64,000 nt of DNA from Bacteroidota bacterium (GTDB taxonomy: Bacteria > Bacteroidota > Ignavibacteria > UBA10030 > BY39). The stretch is taken from positions 5,988 through 69,987 of the forward strand of contig JASEGV010000005.1 in assembly GCA_030017895.1 (NCBI GenBank), given 5' to 3'. The notes beneath the pieces were generated by a model that was given only the letters and a program-made list of their open reading frames with translations, ran no database searches and had not been told where the DNA came from. Below are positions 1 to 11,024 of the stretch, piece by piece (within the stretch, counting starts at the first letter, position 1; each line of letters begins with the position of its first letter). Position numbers and translations under genes: made by a program.

Positions 1-563
1 TTGGAAAAACATTAATGTTTATCGGTCTCCCATTTTCAGTCTCGCTTTTTGTTTACGCTGATGAGATAATTCGACTTGTATATGGATCAGGTAACTTTAT
101 TGAGTCTATACCTATTTTACGTATATTTGCTTTTATTCTTTTTATAAGATTTGCTTCTGAGACTTTTGCTCTTATTCTTACAACATCCAAACAACAAACG
201 ATACGTATGTATATAGTTGTGGCAGTAACATTTATGAATTTTTTGTTGAATGCTTATGCGATTCCCAAGTATGGTATTCAAGGCGCTGCCCTAGTTTCTC
301 TTATTACAAATGCCGTCGCTGGTATATTATACATAATTGCGGTATCCGTTAAATCATTCGGGCCGATTTTCTTGTTCGGTATTCGCCAGATTCTTGTTAC
401 AGGTATCACTATCATTATGGTAATTTCTTTTATCGCATTAGGGATACATTCTCTTGTTCTAGGTTTAATAATCATGATGATCTCTTATGTATTGATCGTA
501 TATTTTATCGGATACTCAATTGAAGATAGGTCGCTGTTATTCGCATTCAAAAAAATAATTTAA
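1..563 (+). CDS. Polysaccharide biosynthesis membrane protein (Wzx/MOP-type flippase), C-terminal part; gene begins upstream of the window
   Basis: Open frame with no stop from position 3. Multi-pass hydrophobic protein. Sits at the head of a glycosyltransferase locus. Confidence 0.55.
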   Translation, partial: GKTLMFIGLPFSVSLFVYADEIIRLVYGSGNFIESIPILRIFAFILFIRFASETFALILTTSKQQTIRMYIVVAVTFMNFLLNAYAIPKYGIQGAALVSLITNAVAGILYIIAVSVKSFGPIFLFGIRQILVTGITIIMVISFIALGIHSLVLGLIIMMISYVLIVYFIGYSIEDRSLLFAFKKII

Positions 564-588
564 GTTTTTAAAAAAGTATTACAACTTT

Positions 589-1254
589 ATGGTCAATATT
601 AATATTAAAAGTAAAATAAATCTATACGAAGCAAAATCTTCAGAGTACTATCAACGCCTAAATCCAGCGGTGGTTTCTCTCTTACAACCGGAAGAAAGAA
701 TGCTTGAAGTTGGGTGTGGCGATGGAACTTTAGGCAAAATATCGAGGGAAAAAAATCTTTTTCGCGAGATATACGGAATTGAAATCCATGCACCTTCGGC
801 AAAAATAGCAAAATCATGGTCCACCCAAATATTTACATCAGATATCGAAGGATTCGACCTGTCTAAAGTACCCGAAGTTAATGCCATCGTATGCGCTGAT
901 GTCTTAGAACATCTAATCGATCCTTGGTCATTACTTAATAAATTAACTCAAAAACTTCACAACAACGGATATATACTTCTTTCTATCCCAAACGCTCGCC
1001 ATATACGAGTTTGGGGTGGCTTAGTATTCAAGGGAAGATTTGACTATCAGACATCAGGAGTGCTTGATAAGGGACATCTACGTTTCTTTACTCTTGCAAA
1101 TTTAAAAGAATTATTTGAACTGAATAATTTATATATCGATCAAGTGGTTTGTAATGTGGCACCAAAGGGAAAACTTTTTAACTTGTTATCACTTGGATTA
1201 CTAAAGGAGTTTTTCACTTTTCAATATGTTTTTCGATTACGAAGGAAGAACTAG
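589..1254 (+). CDS. Class I SAM-dependent methyltransferase
   Basis: 221 aa with the motif-I glycine loop LEVGCGDGTLG and post-I acidic DVLEHL. Lies inside the polysaccharide locus. Confidence 0.7.
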   Translation: MVNINIKSKINLYEAKSSEYYQRLNPAVVSLLQPEERMLEVGCGDGTLGKISREKNLFREIYGIEIHAPSAKIAKSWSTQIFTSDIEGFDLSKVPEVNAIVCADVLEHLIDPWSLLNKLTQKLHNNGYILLSIPNARHIRVWGGLVFKGRFDYQTSGVLDKGHLRFFTLANLKELFELNNLYIDQVVCNVAPKGKLFNLLSLGLLKEFFTFQYVFRLRRKN

Positions 1255-1256
1255 TA

Positions 1257-2201
1257 ATGCGAAAACCATTAGTTATTGCGATCATACTTAATTACATGCG
1301 GGCTAACGATACAATAGATTGTATAGATTCATTAAAGAAATCCTCATACTCCACTTTACATCTAATTGTTGTGGATAATGCGTCGACCGATGATTCTGTC
1401 GAACGCATACGCGCAGCGTATCCAGATATTGAGATTTTACGATCCAAAATAAATTTGGGGTATGCCGGTGGGATGAATTTAGGAATTCGTCATGCATTTA
1501 AATTTTCGCCCGAGTATCTTCTTATCATCAATAGCGACACAATTGCCGACAGCCATTATGTTAGCAAATTAGTTGACGCGCTTTTACAAAAGCCAAAGGC
1601 TGCGGCAGCAAGTGGTACTATTTATTACTATCCTGATACTTCGAAAATATGGTATGCGGGAGGTAAAATAAAATATTGGCGAGCTTCTGGGTTCACAAAT
1701 CGTTCATTTCTAGATGTAAATAATACGAGTTCTCAAGATATTCAAGATGTTACATTTATATCTGGTTGTGCATTCTTGATCAGAGTTTCAGCCATTCAAA
1801 CTATCGGTTTGTTTGATGAACGATTTTTTATGTATCTCGAAGATACTGAAATGTGTTCCCGGTTTGTTAATAATAATTTTGACCTTCTTTATGTACGTAA
1901 CGCTATACTTTTTCACAAAGTAAATCATGAGGGAGAACTTCCTTTTCCATTATATTTCAGCGTAAGAAATCGCTTGTTGTTTCTAAAACTTTCCGCGAGT
2001 GGTTTTTCAAAAACATTCGGATTTATTTATCTTTTTTGTGTGCTTGGGTTGAAAATAGTCTTATGGAGTTTTACTAAACCTTATTTAGTTATTGCCGCAA
2101 GGTTAGGAATAGCAGATTACTTTACCGGTCGGTTTTATAAAGGCAGGGGCTACCAGCTTTTAGATTCTCACAAAAGTACAAAACAAAACTTTAAGCAATA
2201 A
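1257..2201 (+). CDS. Glycosyltransferase family 2
   Basis: 314 aa with an N-terminal GT-A signature (VVDNASTDDS ... DxD-like EDTE). Confidence 0.75.
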   Translation: MRKPLVIAIILNYMRANDTIDCIDSLKKSSYSTLHLIVVDNASTDDSVERIRAAYPDIEILRSKINLGYAGGMNLGIRHAFKFSPEYLLIINSDTIADSHYVSKLVDALLQKPKAAAASGTIYYYPDTSKIWYAGGKIKYWRASGFTNRSFLDVNNTSSQDIQDVTFISGCAFLIRVSAIQTIGLFDERFFMYLEDTEMCSRFVNNNFDLLYVRNAILFHKVNHEGELPFPLYFSVRNRLLFLKLSASGFSKTFGFIYLFCVLGLKIVLWSFTKPYLVIAARLGIADYFTGRFYKGRGYQLLDSHKSTKQNFKQ

Positions 2202-3485
2202 ATGAGTATCGTATCAATATTTTGTTTCTTAGTTGCGGGTCTAATATTGATTAGTTATTTCCGTCGTGGGAGTGATGTTTTTTCCCCTGCGAAAGTGTTT
2301 TTGTTTGTTTGGGCGATTGCTATTGGCTTAACAGATCTTAAATTCAGCCGACTTCAACATCAATGGGAGAATTATGCCTGGCTTTGTTTATTCCTTAGTA
2401 TTGGGTCGTTCCTTCTAGGAATATTTATTGTACAAGTATTATTTACTCGCCTGAGTTTATATCCTGTAAGTACAATGCGTAAAATTATTCTGAATGAAAA
2501 GATAAACCATGTAATGCTATATCGCTTAATTACAGGATTATTTTTACTATATGTAATAGTCTATATCGTGGAGTGGGTTTCATATGGCACCCTACCACTA
2601 TTTGCCGCTTTCCCCGATCGAGCAAGAAGTGAAATACCGATTACCGGACTTCACCTTTTTATTGGAGCTATGCCAATTATTTTGTTTCTCGTTCTTGAGT
2701 ATTACATTTTAGTCCGCGCTCATTATAAAAATAAAATCATCCTTGCAATATATTTTATTATTACGTTACTAAGTTACCTTTTCTTTCTTAATAGACTTTA
2801 TTATGTATTATTTTTTATTATGGCATTAGGATTTATGTATTATGCCAGCAGGCATGTTCGGATTAGAAATATCTTAATCTCTGCTACAATCCTATTCGGT
2901 TTAATGGTATTCCTTCAATATTTTCGGGAAACAAGATATGTAGAAAACTTTTTGTATGTCGTTTCTGAAATGAAATATACATCGGAATATGCTGTTTTTA
3001 CAGGACCATATATGTACATTGTAATGAATTTGGAGAATTTTGCACGAGCTGTCGTTCGTTTAGAAAATTTTACCTATGGATATTTTAGTTTCGATTTTTT
3101 AATGGCGCTGTCTGGATTGAAACATTGGCTTTCGTCCTATTTCGGATTGCATGAGAGAGTTTTTCTTGTCAGCGGCTATAATACCTTTCCATTTTTTTGG
3201 GATTATTACTATGATTTTGGATTAATAGGCTTGTCTTTTTTATCCTGTTTACTAGGAGTCTTTACCAGCTTATTGCATAAATATATGAGACATAAACCAT
3301 CAATTGTATCAATTTCGATGTATTCAATGATGTTGTTTGTTGTTATATTTTCATTCTTCACAAATGCTTTGACATCCCTGAATTTTGTTTTCAATTTCGT
3401 CCTCTTATTTGTATCCCAAAAATTGATCGAAAGAAAACAAATTACAGACTTACACATATTTTCTGATGGTTGTAGAAATGATTGA
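2202..3485 (+). CDS. O-antigen/oligosaccharide repeat-unit polymerase-like membrane protein (Wzy-like)
   Basis: 427 aa and very hydrophobic, with about 10-12 predicted TM segments and an aromatic-rich loop. Its position between glycosyltransferases is typical of Wzy. Confidence 0.45.
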   Translation: MSIVSIFCFLVAGLILISYFRRGSDVFSPAKVFLFVWAIAIGLTDLKFSRLQHQWENYAWLCLFLSIGSFLLGIFIVQVLFTRLSLYPVSTMRKIILNEKINHVMLYRLITGLFLLYVIVYIVEWVSYGTLPLFAAFPDRARSEIPITGLHLFIGAMPIILFLVLEYYILVRAHYKNKIILAIYFIITLLSYLFFLNRLYYVLFFIMALGFMYYASRHVRIRNILISATILFGLMVFLQYFRETRYVENFLYVVSEMKYTSEYAVFTGPYMYIVMNLENFARAVVRLENFTYGYFSFDFLMALSGLKHWLSSYFGLHERVFLVSGYNTFPFFWDYYYDFGLIGLSFLSCLLGVFTSLLHKYMRHKPSIVSISMYSMMLFVVIFSFFTNALTSLNFVFNFVLLFVSQKLIERKQITDLHIFSDGCRND

Positions 3486-4560
3486 TGTATTGATTGATAG
3501 TGGTAATGCCCCACACCATACAGGAATCGGAACATATCACACGGGCTTAGTAAATGCTCTAAATAATTACGGGCAGCATGAGATCAACATTAAAGAAAGT
3601 ACTATAACTTCTACTTCTCGGAAACTGCGTTCTATTAGGAGACTTAATTACTTATGGAAATTAAACCAACTATCTAAGCAAGTTTTTGGCAATACAGATA
3701 TTGTTCACTTTACAAATGTGTACGTACCAAAAAACATTGAGAAGACTCCATTTGTAAGTACCATTCACGATATTGATGCTCTTATCTATCCCTCGACATA
3801 TTCTTTCGCTTATAGGTTATACTTTAAACGCATAATTGCATTGACATTCAGACGCGCGGAAATTATTCTAACAGTATCTGAAGCAGTTAAACAATCGATA
3901 TTAAACAGATACGATTTTCCTGACAATAAAATCAGACCGATAGGAATAGGTTTATCAGAAGAATTTATCGGTGCAGCCGATTCAACAGAATCGATTTTAC
4001 ATTCCGAAATACCTACGTTACTTTTCGTCGGGAGTTTATCTGTTAAAAAAAATACAGAATGGCTCATAAAGAACACCGTTAAAGGAGTTAAATCAGGCGC
4101 TCTTCCTCGACTAAAGTTGATACTAGCAGGCTCAGCCGGTTTCGGTTTCGACTCAATAGCATCAGAGATGAAAGATGCAGGGGATATTGTAAATTGGGTG
4201 AAGAATCCAAATCTTAATGAACTGGCAAAACTCTACAAACAATCCACTATTTTTGTTTTCCCATCTAGAACAGAAGGCTTTGGCATTCCACTGATAGAAG
4301 CGATGTACTGCAAAAAACCAATAGTAGCTAGTCGAATTCCTGCAAGCGTAGAAATTGCATCAAACGCCGCTTACTTTTTTGATTTAGACGATGTCGATAA
4401 TTTTTATTCCGCAATTAAGTGTGCATTGGAAGATAGGAATTACGAATTAAGAAATAAATCCGCAGCCGAACAGTTAAATAAATATTCATGGAAGAATCTT
4501 GTGCCACTGTATATAGCTGCTTACAAGGAAGCAATATGGAATCACAAAAAAGAAAAATAA
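3466..4560 (+). CDS. Glycosyltransferase family 4 (GT1-like fold)
   Basis: 364 aa. C-terminal half carries the GT4 EGFGIPLIEAM motif. Confidence 0.75.
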   Translation: MVVEMIDVLIDSGNAPHHTGIGTYHTGLVNALNNYGQHEINIKESTITSTSRKLRSIRRLNYLWKLNQLSKQVFGNTDIVHFTNVYVPKNIEKTPFVSTIHDIDALIYPSTYSFAYRLYFKRIIALTFRRAEIILTVSEAVKQSILNRYDFPDNKIRPIGIGLSEEFIGAADSTESILHSEIPTLLFVGSLSVKKNTEWLIKNTVKGVKSGALPRLKLILAGSAGFGFDSIASEMKDAGDIVNWVKNPNLNELAKLYKQSTIFVFPSRTEGFGIPLIEAMYCKKPIVASRIPASVEIASNAAYFFDLDDVDNFYSAIKCALEDRNYELRNKSAAEQLNKYSWKNLVPLYIAAYKEAIWNHKKEK

Positions 4561-5708
4561 AGGTCCTTCATATCATAACTCTTTTCAGCGTCGGAGGAGC
4601 AACTGAGACGGTCGTCTCAATTGCAAAGGGACTAAAAGATAAAGGGTATGATGTTACTATTATTTCGGGTTCTCACATCTCGTCTGAGGGAAATATGCTA
4701 CCCATTGCAAAAGAATTTGGTCTGAATGTTACAATCATTCCAGACTTAAAAAGAAACATACATCCAATATACGACCTAAAATCTTTATTCCATATTAAAA
4801 AAATAATTAAAGAAGGAAATTTTGATATTGTCCAAACTCATAGTTCGAAAGCCGGTATAATTGGCAGATTTGCCGCAAGATTAGCGGGTGTAAAGCACAT
4901 TGTACATACAATTCACGGGCTACCGTTCCATTCTTATCAAAATTCAATTATCAGATGGTTGTATATTTTTATAGAAAAACTATCAGCAAAAATAACATCA
5001 GTCCTCGTGGCAGTTTCTAACCAGATAGTTAAGGAGTCACTGCATTATAAAGTTGGAAAAAATGAACAATTCGTTGTTATAAGAAGCGGGTTTAACACCG
5101 ATGATTATCGAGTAAATCCTGAAACCTCTGATAAATACCGAAAGATGTTAGGATTTAAGAGGGATGATTTCGTTATTGGAAAAATCTCAAGATTATCAAA
5201 ACTTAAAGGTCATTCTATCCTAATACAAGTCTTACCCAATATCATCAAGGAATTTCCTCAAGTTAAAATTATGTTCGTTGGCGACGGCGAAATGATGAAC
5301 GAGCTAGTTACGAAGGTTAAAGGGCTAGGCATAAACGAACATGTGATTTTTACTGGCGCTGTTCCTCCCTCAGCTATTCCTGATTATTTATCGGCTATGG
5401 ATGCAGTGATTCACACTTCGCTTCATGAAGGTTTGCCAAGAGTAATTCCACAGGCATTATTAATGAGAAAACCTGTGATAACTTATAACTTAGATGGCGC
5501 ACCCGAAATAATTATTGATGACTATAATGGTTTATTGATTCCTCCATTAAATGACGAATTACTCCAAAATTCAATCAAAAAACTGATTAAAGAGTATCCT
5601 AAATTTTATAATAATTGCGTTGATAATGAAGAACCTATCCGCAGAGAATTTGACGAAATGAAGACCGTTACCGATATTTGTAAACTTTACGATAATCTTT
5701 TATCTTAA
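4536..5708 (+). CDS. Glycosyltransferase family 4
   Basis: The ORF opens at 4488, but the ATG at 4536 (MESQKRKIKVLHI) gives a typical GT4 N-terminus and only a small overlap with the previous gene. Glycine-rich loop (FSVGGATE) and C-terminal EGLPRV. Confidence 0.7.
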   Translation: MESQKRKIKVLHIITLFSVGGATETVVSIAKGLKDKGYDVTIISGSHISSEGNMLPIAKEFGLNVTIIPDLKRNIHPIYDLKSLFHIKKIIKEGNFDIVQTHSSKAGIIGRFAARLAGVKHIVHTIHGLPFHSYQNSIIRWLYIFIEKLSAKITSVLVAVSNQIVKESLHYKVGKNEQFVVIRSGFNTDDYRVNPETSDKYRKMLGFKRDDFVIGKISRLSKLKGHSILIQVLPNIIKEFPQVKIMFVGDGEMMNELVTKVKGLGINEHVIFTGAVPPSAIPDYLSAMDAVIHTSLHEGLPRVIPQALLMRKPVITYNLDGAPEIIIDDYNGLLIPPLNDELLQNSIKKLIKEYPKFYNNCVDNEEPIRREFDEMKTVTDICKLYDNLLS

Positions 5709-5716
5709 TACTAATT

Positions 5717-7120
5717 ATGCAAGGTAGATTTTCAAAAGAAAAATACTTTTTATTACTGATAGACTTCTTTGCTATTAATCTAGCGTGGTTTGCTTATTAT
5801 TTGTTCAGAATTCGAAGTGGCTGGGTATCATATGCCGTAGAACCCGATTTATGGCTGCCAATGATTATCATTTGGGTATATTGGCTAATCGTTTTATTCT
5901 TCTTTGGATTGTACCGCCCTTGGTACGCTCAATCCCGCCTCGATGAATTTATTGCTCTCGCTAAAGCTTCTGTTTTCGGTACCTTATTCTTGTTCTTCAT
6001 CATATTCATGGACGACCAGAGTGTTGGCTCTCCCATGCACTCGCGCTTTCTGATATTAATCTACTGGTCTTTACTTTTAGGGTGTACTTCCACCGGCAGA
6101 TTACTCTATCATACCTTCCAACGGAGTCTGCTATTACGCGGTATCGGATTAAATAACACTGTTATTGTCGGGTGGAATAACAAAGCAATAGAATTATTCG
6201 ACAGGATACAGCAGTATCCGGCTTTAGGACATAGTATCATAGGGTTTGTTTCAACTGAAGACGAAATTGTGAGTGCGAGCCATAAAGGAGTACAAGTTTT
6301 CGGATCGGTAAAAGACCTCCCCGCTATCAACGAGCGCAACAAGGTAAAGGATGTTCTTATCGCGCTTGATTCAACCGAGCACGATAAATTGTTGAATGTA
6401 ATCGCTGCGTGCAACGGTAACGATGTTAGAATTAAAATAATACCCGACTTATACGATATTATAAGCGGACAAGCACGAACAAACCAAATTTACGGCTTCC
6501 CGTTAATTGAAATCTCTACAGAGTTAATGCAGCCGTGGGAACACGCTGTTAAGAGACTAATAGATATTTGTGTATCATTTTTAATACTTTTTCTTGGCTT
6601 ACCGATTTGGATTCTTTTAGCTATTGCGATTAAACTTGAATCAAAAGGACCGATATTTTATACTCAGGCACGTGTAGGAAAAGATGAAAAATTATTCAAG
6701 ATAATTAAGTTCCGTTCGATGGTCGAAGATGCCGAGCATAAATCAGGACCTGTGTGGGCGAACAAGGATGACGCCAGAGTTACACGCGTAGGAAAATTTT
6801 TACGCAAACTGAGGTTGGACGAAATTCCTCAATTTATCAATGTTTTAGATGGCAACATGAGTCTAATCGGTCCGAGACCGGAGCGGCCTTTTTTTGTAGA
6901 ACAACTCACAAAGGAAATACCCCTTTATAAAAGGCGGCTGAAAATACGACCCGGTATCACAGGTTGGGCACAGGTAAAGCATAAATACGATGAAAACATC
7001 GACGATGTGAAAAAGAAAGTACAGTACGATTTATTTTATATAGAGAACATGTCGCTTAGGATGGATTTTAAAATACTTTTCCATACCTTAGCGGTGGTTT
7101 TCTTAGGTAAAGGACATTGA
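5717..7120 (+). CDS. Undecaprenyl-phosphate hexose-1-phosphate transferase (WbaP/EpsB-type bacterial sugar transferase)
   Basis: 467 aa with N-terminal TM helices, a central Rossmann-like region and the C-terminal catalytic sugar-transferase motifs KFRSM ... DEIPQ ... SLIGPRP ... RPGITGWAQV. Confidence 0.85.
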   Translation: MQGRFSKEKYFLLLIDFFAINLAWFAYYLFRIRSGWVSYAVEPDLWLPMIIIWVYWLIVLFFFGLYRPWYAQSRLDEFIALAKASVFGTLFLFFIIFMDDQSVGSPMHSRFLILIYWSLLLGCTSTGRLLYHTFQRSLLLRGIGLNNTVIVGWNNKAIELFDRIQQYPALGHSIIGFVSTEDEIVSASHKGVQVFGSVKDLPAINERNKVKDVLIALDSTEHDKLLNVIAACNGNDVRIKIIPDLYDIISGQARTNQIYGFPLIEISTELMQPWEHAVKRLIDICVSFLILFLGLPIWILLAIAIKLESKGPIFYTQARVGKDEKLFKIIKFRSMVEDAEHKSGPVWANKDDARVTRVGKFLRKLRLDEIPQFINVLDGNMSLIGPRPERPFFVEQLTKEIPLYKRRLKIRPGITGWAQVKHKYDENIDDVKKKVQYDLFYIENMSLRMDFKILFHTLAVVFLGKGH

Positions 7121-7208
7121 ACAATTAAAAATTCAAAAGTAAAATTTTAAAAATATAAATCTGAAATATATTTAAATTATCCATTATCAATAATTAGAAT
7201 TAAACAAT

Positions 7209-8315
7209 ATGAACTTACAACTTGTTGACTTAGTCACACAATACAAAAAAATTAAACCCGAAATTGATGCAGCGATTCACTCTGTACTCGATACCGGCCA
7301 CTTCATACTTGGCAAAACGGTTTCAGACTTCGAGTCCAATACCGCAAAATATTTAGGAGTGAAACATGCTATAGGATGCGCCTCAGGTACCGATGCGTTA
7401 CAGGTCGCCCTAATGGCTCTTAACATCGGTCCCGGAGACGAAGTAATAACAACTTCCTTCACATTTGTTGCCACTGTGGAAACCATTGCCCTACTCGGGG
7501 CAAAACCTGTTTATGTCGATATTGAGTCAGATACATTCAATATCAACCCGGTAAAAATCGAAGCTGCGATTACAAAAAATACAAAAGCCATTATTCCCGT
7601 CCACCTTTATGGGCATTCAGTCGACATGGACCCGCTATTACAAATTACCAAAAAATATGGTTTACATATAATTGAAGATACCGCACAGGCAATGGGTACA
7701 GACTATAAAGGCAAGAAAGTTGGCACAATCGGCGATATCGGCTCTATTAGTTTCTTCCCAAGCAAAAACTTAGGTGCATACGGAGATGCTGGAATGGTTG
7801 TAACAAACGACGACCAGCTTGCGGATAAATTAAGAATGATTATTTTACACGGTTCTAAAGTACGTTACTATCACGAAATTTTAGGTGTGAACAGCCGGCT
7901 CGATTCTATACAAGCTGCTGTATTAAATGTGAAGCTAAAATATTTGGACGAGTGGAACGACGCTCGCCGTAAAGCAGCCGGAATTTATAATAAACTTTTC
8001 GAGAACACACCGGCAATTACACCCAAAGTGAAAGACTATACTAAACATATTTTCCATCAATACACGCTACGCGTTCCGCAGCGGGACAAGCTAGCAGAAC
8101 ATTTAAAATCGAAAGGAATACCGCACGCCATTTATTATCCTGTTCCTCTTCACAAACAGCAAGCATACATTAACCTTGTATCGCCCGATATAAAATTACC
8201 GGTTACTGAACAGATGACGAACGAAGTAATTTCACTTCCAATGCACACTGAACTTACTTTCGAAATGCAGGATTACATCGCCAGCGAAGTTAAAAATTTT
8301 TTAAAAACAATCTAA
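7209..8315 (+). CDS. DegT/DnrJ/EryC1/StrS-family PLP-dependent sugar aminotransferase
   Basis: 368 aa with the family fold, including the GDIGSISFFPSKNLGAYGDAGMV lysine-loop motif. Confidence 0.85.
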   Translation: MNLQLVDLVTQYKKIKPEIDAAIHSVLDTGHFILGKTVSDFESNTAKYLGVKHAIGCASGTDALQVALMALNIGPGDEVITTSFTFVATVETIALLGAKPVYVDIESDTFNINPVKIEAAITKNTKAIIPVHLYGHSVDMDPLLQITKKYGLHIIEDTAQAMGTDYKGKKVGTIGDIGSISFFPSKNLGAYGDAGMVVTNDDQLADKLRMIILHGSKVRYYHEILGVNSRLDSIQAAVLNVKLKYLDEWNDARRKAAGIYNKLFENTPAITPKVKDYTKHIFHQYTLRVPQRDKLAEHLKSKGIPHAIYYPVPLHKQQAYINLVSPDIKLPVTEQMTNEVISLPMHTELTFEMQDYIASEVKNFLKTI

Positions 8316-8335
8316 TAACTATTTGAAATTAGTTT

Positions 8336-9052
8336 ATGTCAAAAACATTAGTCATAACACCAACTTATAACGAAGCCGAAAACGTCGAACGGCTAATTAA
8401 TACAGTCTTATCTCAAGACTCCGAAGTCGAGATGCTGATTGTTGACGACAACTCTCCAGACGGCACTGCAGCGATAGTTGAAAAGATGCAACAGAATAAT
8501 TCTAAAATACATTTGATAAAACGGGCAGGCAAGATGGGACTCGGAACTGCCTACGTTGCAGGTTTCAAATTTGCAATCGAAAAGAAATTCGATTACGTAA
8601 TGGAGATGGATGCCGATTTTTCGCATGACCCGAACGAAATTCCCAACTTTCTAAGAAAGATAAAGGACTTTGATGTGGTATTGGGTTCCCGATACATAGA
8701 TGGTGTTAGAATTTTAAACTGGCCCATACGAAGATTGATATTATCCTATGGTGCAAGTTTATATACACGAATCATCACCGGTATGTCGATTAAAGACACC
8801 ACAGGTGGGTTCAAGTGTTTTCGTCGAAAAGTTTTGGAAACAATAAATTTGGACGCAATCCACTCGAATGGTTATGCTTTCCAGATCGAAATGAATTTCA
8901 AATCTTGGAAAAAGGGATTTAAAATTGTAGAGCACCCGATTATTTTTGTAGATCGAACGCACGGTTCTTCTAAAATGTCCAAAAATATTATTTACGAAGC
9001 AGTATTTTTAGTTTGGAAACTAAAATTACAAAGTTTGCTTGGCAAAATTTAA
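8336..9052 (+). CDS. GT2 polyprenyl-phosphate hexosyltransferase (dolichol-P-mannose synthase-like)
   Basis: 238 aa. Motifs LIVDDNSPDGT, DADFSHDP and CFRRKVLE are typical of DPM1/GtrB-like GT2 enzymes. Confidence 0.8.
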   Translation: MSKTLVITPTYNEAENVERLINTVLSQDSEVEMLIVDDNSPDGTAAIVEKMQQNNSKIHLIKRAGKMGLGTAYVAGFKFAIEKKFDYVMEMDADFSHDPNEIPNFLRKIKDFDVVLGSRYIDGVRILNWPIRRLILSYGASLYTRIITGMSIKDTTGGFKCFRRKVLETINLDAIHSNGYAFQIEMNFKSWKKGFKIVEHPIIFVDRTHGSSKMSKNIIYEAVFLVWKLKLQSLLGKI

Positions 9053-9054
9053 TA

Positions 9055-11016
9055 ATGCAACTCTCAGTAATAATAGTAAACTATAATGTTCGTTCTTTTT
9101 TAGAGAACGCACTGCTGTCAATCCAAAAAGCGATGCGGAACATCGAAGGGGAAATCTTCGTTGTCGACAATGCTTCGGATGATGGCAGCGTTGAGTTAAT
9201 TCAAGCAAAATTTCCCTATGTCAAACTTATCGTAAATCAAACTAATTTAGGATTTGCCGCTGCCAACAACATTGCATTATCTCAATCTTCAGGTAAATAT
9301 ATACTGTTGATAAATCCCGACACGATTGTTCAAGAAGATACACTCACTTCGCTAATCGAATATCTCGAAAACAATCCTCAAATCGGGCTTGCCGGATGTA
9401 AAATCCTGAATCCTGATGGCAGCTTGCAACTTGCCTGCCGGCGCAGCATACCTACACCTTGGTCGGCGTTTACTAAAGTTTCAGGTTTAAGTGCTTTATT
9501 CCCTAACACTAAACTATTTGGTAAATATAATTTAACTTATTTAAACCCGAATGAAACTTATGAGGTAGAAGCGGTCAGCGGTTCGTTTATGTTTTTACGG
9601 CGTGATGTTTACGAACAAGTGGGCAAACTCGATGAATCGTATTTTATGTATGGCGAAGACCTCGATTGGTGTTATCGAATCTTCAAAGCAGGTTGGAAAG
9701 TTTTGTACTATCACAAAACTCAAATTATCCATTACAAAGGCGAGAGCACAAAACAGAGCAGCCTTGACGACATTAAAATGTTTTACAATGCTATGCACAT
9801 TTTTGTCAGAAAACATCTCAAACACTCCACTCTCATTCTTTTCATATTACACTTGGCAATCGTATTTCGTTCGTGGTTAGCGTCATTCTCCAGACTTATC
9901 AAATCTTCGATTATACCTTTAACAGATTGTGTTTTAATTAACGTTTCTATCGTTTTAGGTTTTTATTTTCGTTTCGGTAAAACTGTAAATATACCCGACT
10001 ATGCTTTTTTGCCTATGGCTTTAATACCGGCATTGGCTGTTGTTACTACCAATTACTTTTCTGGCGGATACAACAAACATAAACACTCAATCACACGGAT
10101 AATTCTTTCTGTAATTATTGGGTTCACAATTATTTCGGCACTCACATATTTTTTCAAACAGTTCGCGTTTAGTCGAATTGTTGTTATTTATTCTGCTGTG
10201 ATTTCAGTAGGATTACTTTCGATGTGGAGATTGATAATTAAGATATTTTTGCGGTATAGTAAAATTGGTCAGAGTGGTTTTGGGGGAAGAAGAACTTTGA
10301 TAGTAGGCACATCTGCAAATGCCCGGCACCTTTTGCAAAAACTTCGTTTACCGATGCGGTATGATTATAATGTTGTAGGATTTATTGACTTGAATCGAAA
10401 ACAAATCGGTAATAATATAGATGGCATTGATATTATCGGAAGTGTGAGTACTATCGGTAAAATAATTGAAAGATACAAAATCAGCGATGTGCTCTTTTCG
10501 ACCGATGAGTTATCGTATAAAAATATATTATCCGTTATCGGTCGCTCAAAAAGACGTAAAGTAAATTATCGAATGGTACCAAATAGTTTAGAAGTAATCA
10601 TCGGCAAAACACATATCGATAATCTGAACGACCTGCCGTTAATCGAAATCGACTACAAGTTAGATTCTAAAATATATCAAATTACGAAGCGTGTTTTCGA
10701 TATAGTGATAGCGTCGGTAATGTTTGTTATCTTCTTTCCATTCAAGAAGGCAATTAAGCAAAAATTTTATTATAATTTACTACCGGAAGTTATATCCGGT
10801 AAATATAGTTTGGTCGGATCTCCGATAGATAATGTTGTTAACGAAATTACACTGTTAAAACCCGGATTAACTGGATTAGCTCAGATTGAACAGAAATCTT
10901 TCTTGAACGCAAATGATGTCGATAAATACACTATATTTTATTTAAAAAATTATTCTGTACTACTTGATACTGAAATATTAATTAAGTGGTTCTTTAATAC
11001 AATCAGAAATAAATAG
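9055..11016 (+). CDS. Fusion protein: N-terminal GT2 glycosyltransferase + TM region + WbaP-like Rossmann region + truncated, catalytically degenerate sugar-transferase C-terminus
   Basis: The ORF opens at 9013; the ATG at 9055 ([11 protein letters not shown]) follows the previous stop. The N-terminus is GT2 ([19 protein letters not shown]). The middle part is paralogous to the 5717..7120 gene ([23 protein letters not shown]). The C-terminus keeps SLVGSP and [10 protein letters not shown] but lacks the KFRSM and DE(I/L)PQ catalytic segments. Confidence 0.7.
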   Translation: MQLSVIIVNYNVRSFLENALLSIQKAMRNIEGEIFVVDNASDDGSVELIQAKFPYVKLIVNQTNLGFAAANNIALSQSSGKYILLINPDTIVQEDTLTSLIEYLENNPQIGLAGCKILNPDGSLQLACRRSIPTPWSAFTKVSGLSALFPNTKLFGKYNLTYLNPNETYEVEAVSGSFMFLRRDVYEQVGKLDESYFMYGEDLDWCYRIFKAGWKVLYYHKTQIIHYKGESTKQSSLDDIKMFYNAMHIFVRKHLKHSTLILFILHLAIVFRSWLASFSRLIKSSIIPLTDCVLINVSIVLGFYFRFGKTVNIPDYAFLPMALIPALAVVTTNYFSGGYNKHKHSITRIILSVIIGFTIISALTYFFKQFAFSRIVVIYSAVISVGLLSMWRLIIKIFLRYSKIGQSGFGGRRTLIVGTSANARHLLQKLRLPMRYDYNVVGFIDLNRKQIGNNIDGIDIIGSVSTIGKIIERYKISDVLFSTDELSYKNILSVIGRSKRRKVNYRMVPNSLEVIIGKTHIDNLNDLPLIEIDYKLDSKIYQITKRVFDIVIASVMFVIFFPFKKAIKQKFYYNLLPEVISGKYSLVGSPIDNVVNEITLLKPGLTGLAQIEQKSFLNANDVDKYTIFYLKNYSVLLDTEILIKWFFNTIRNK

Positions 11017-11024
11017 AGGTACCT

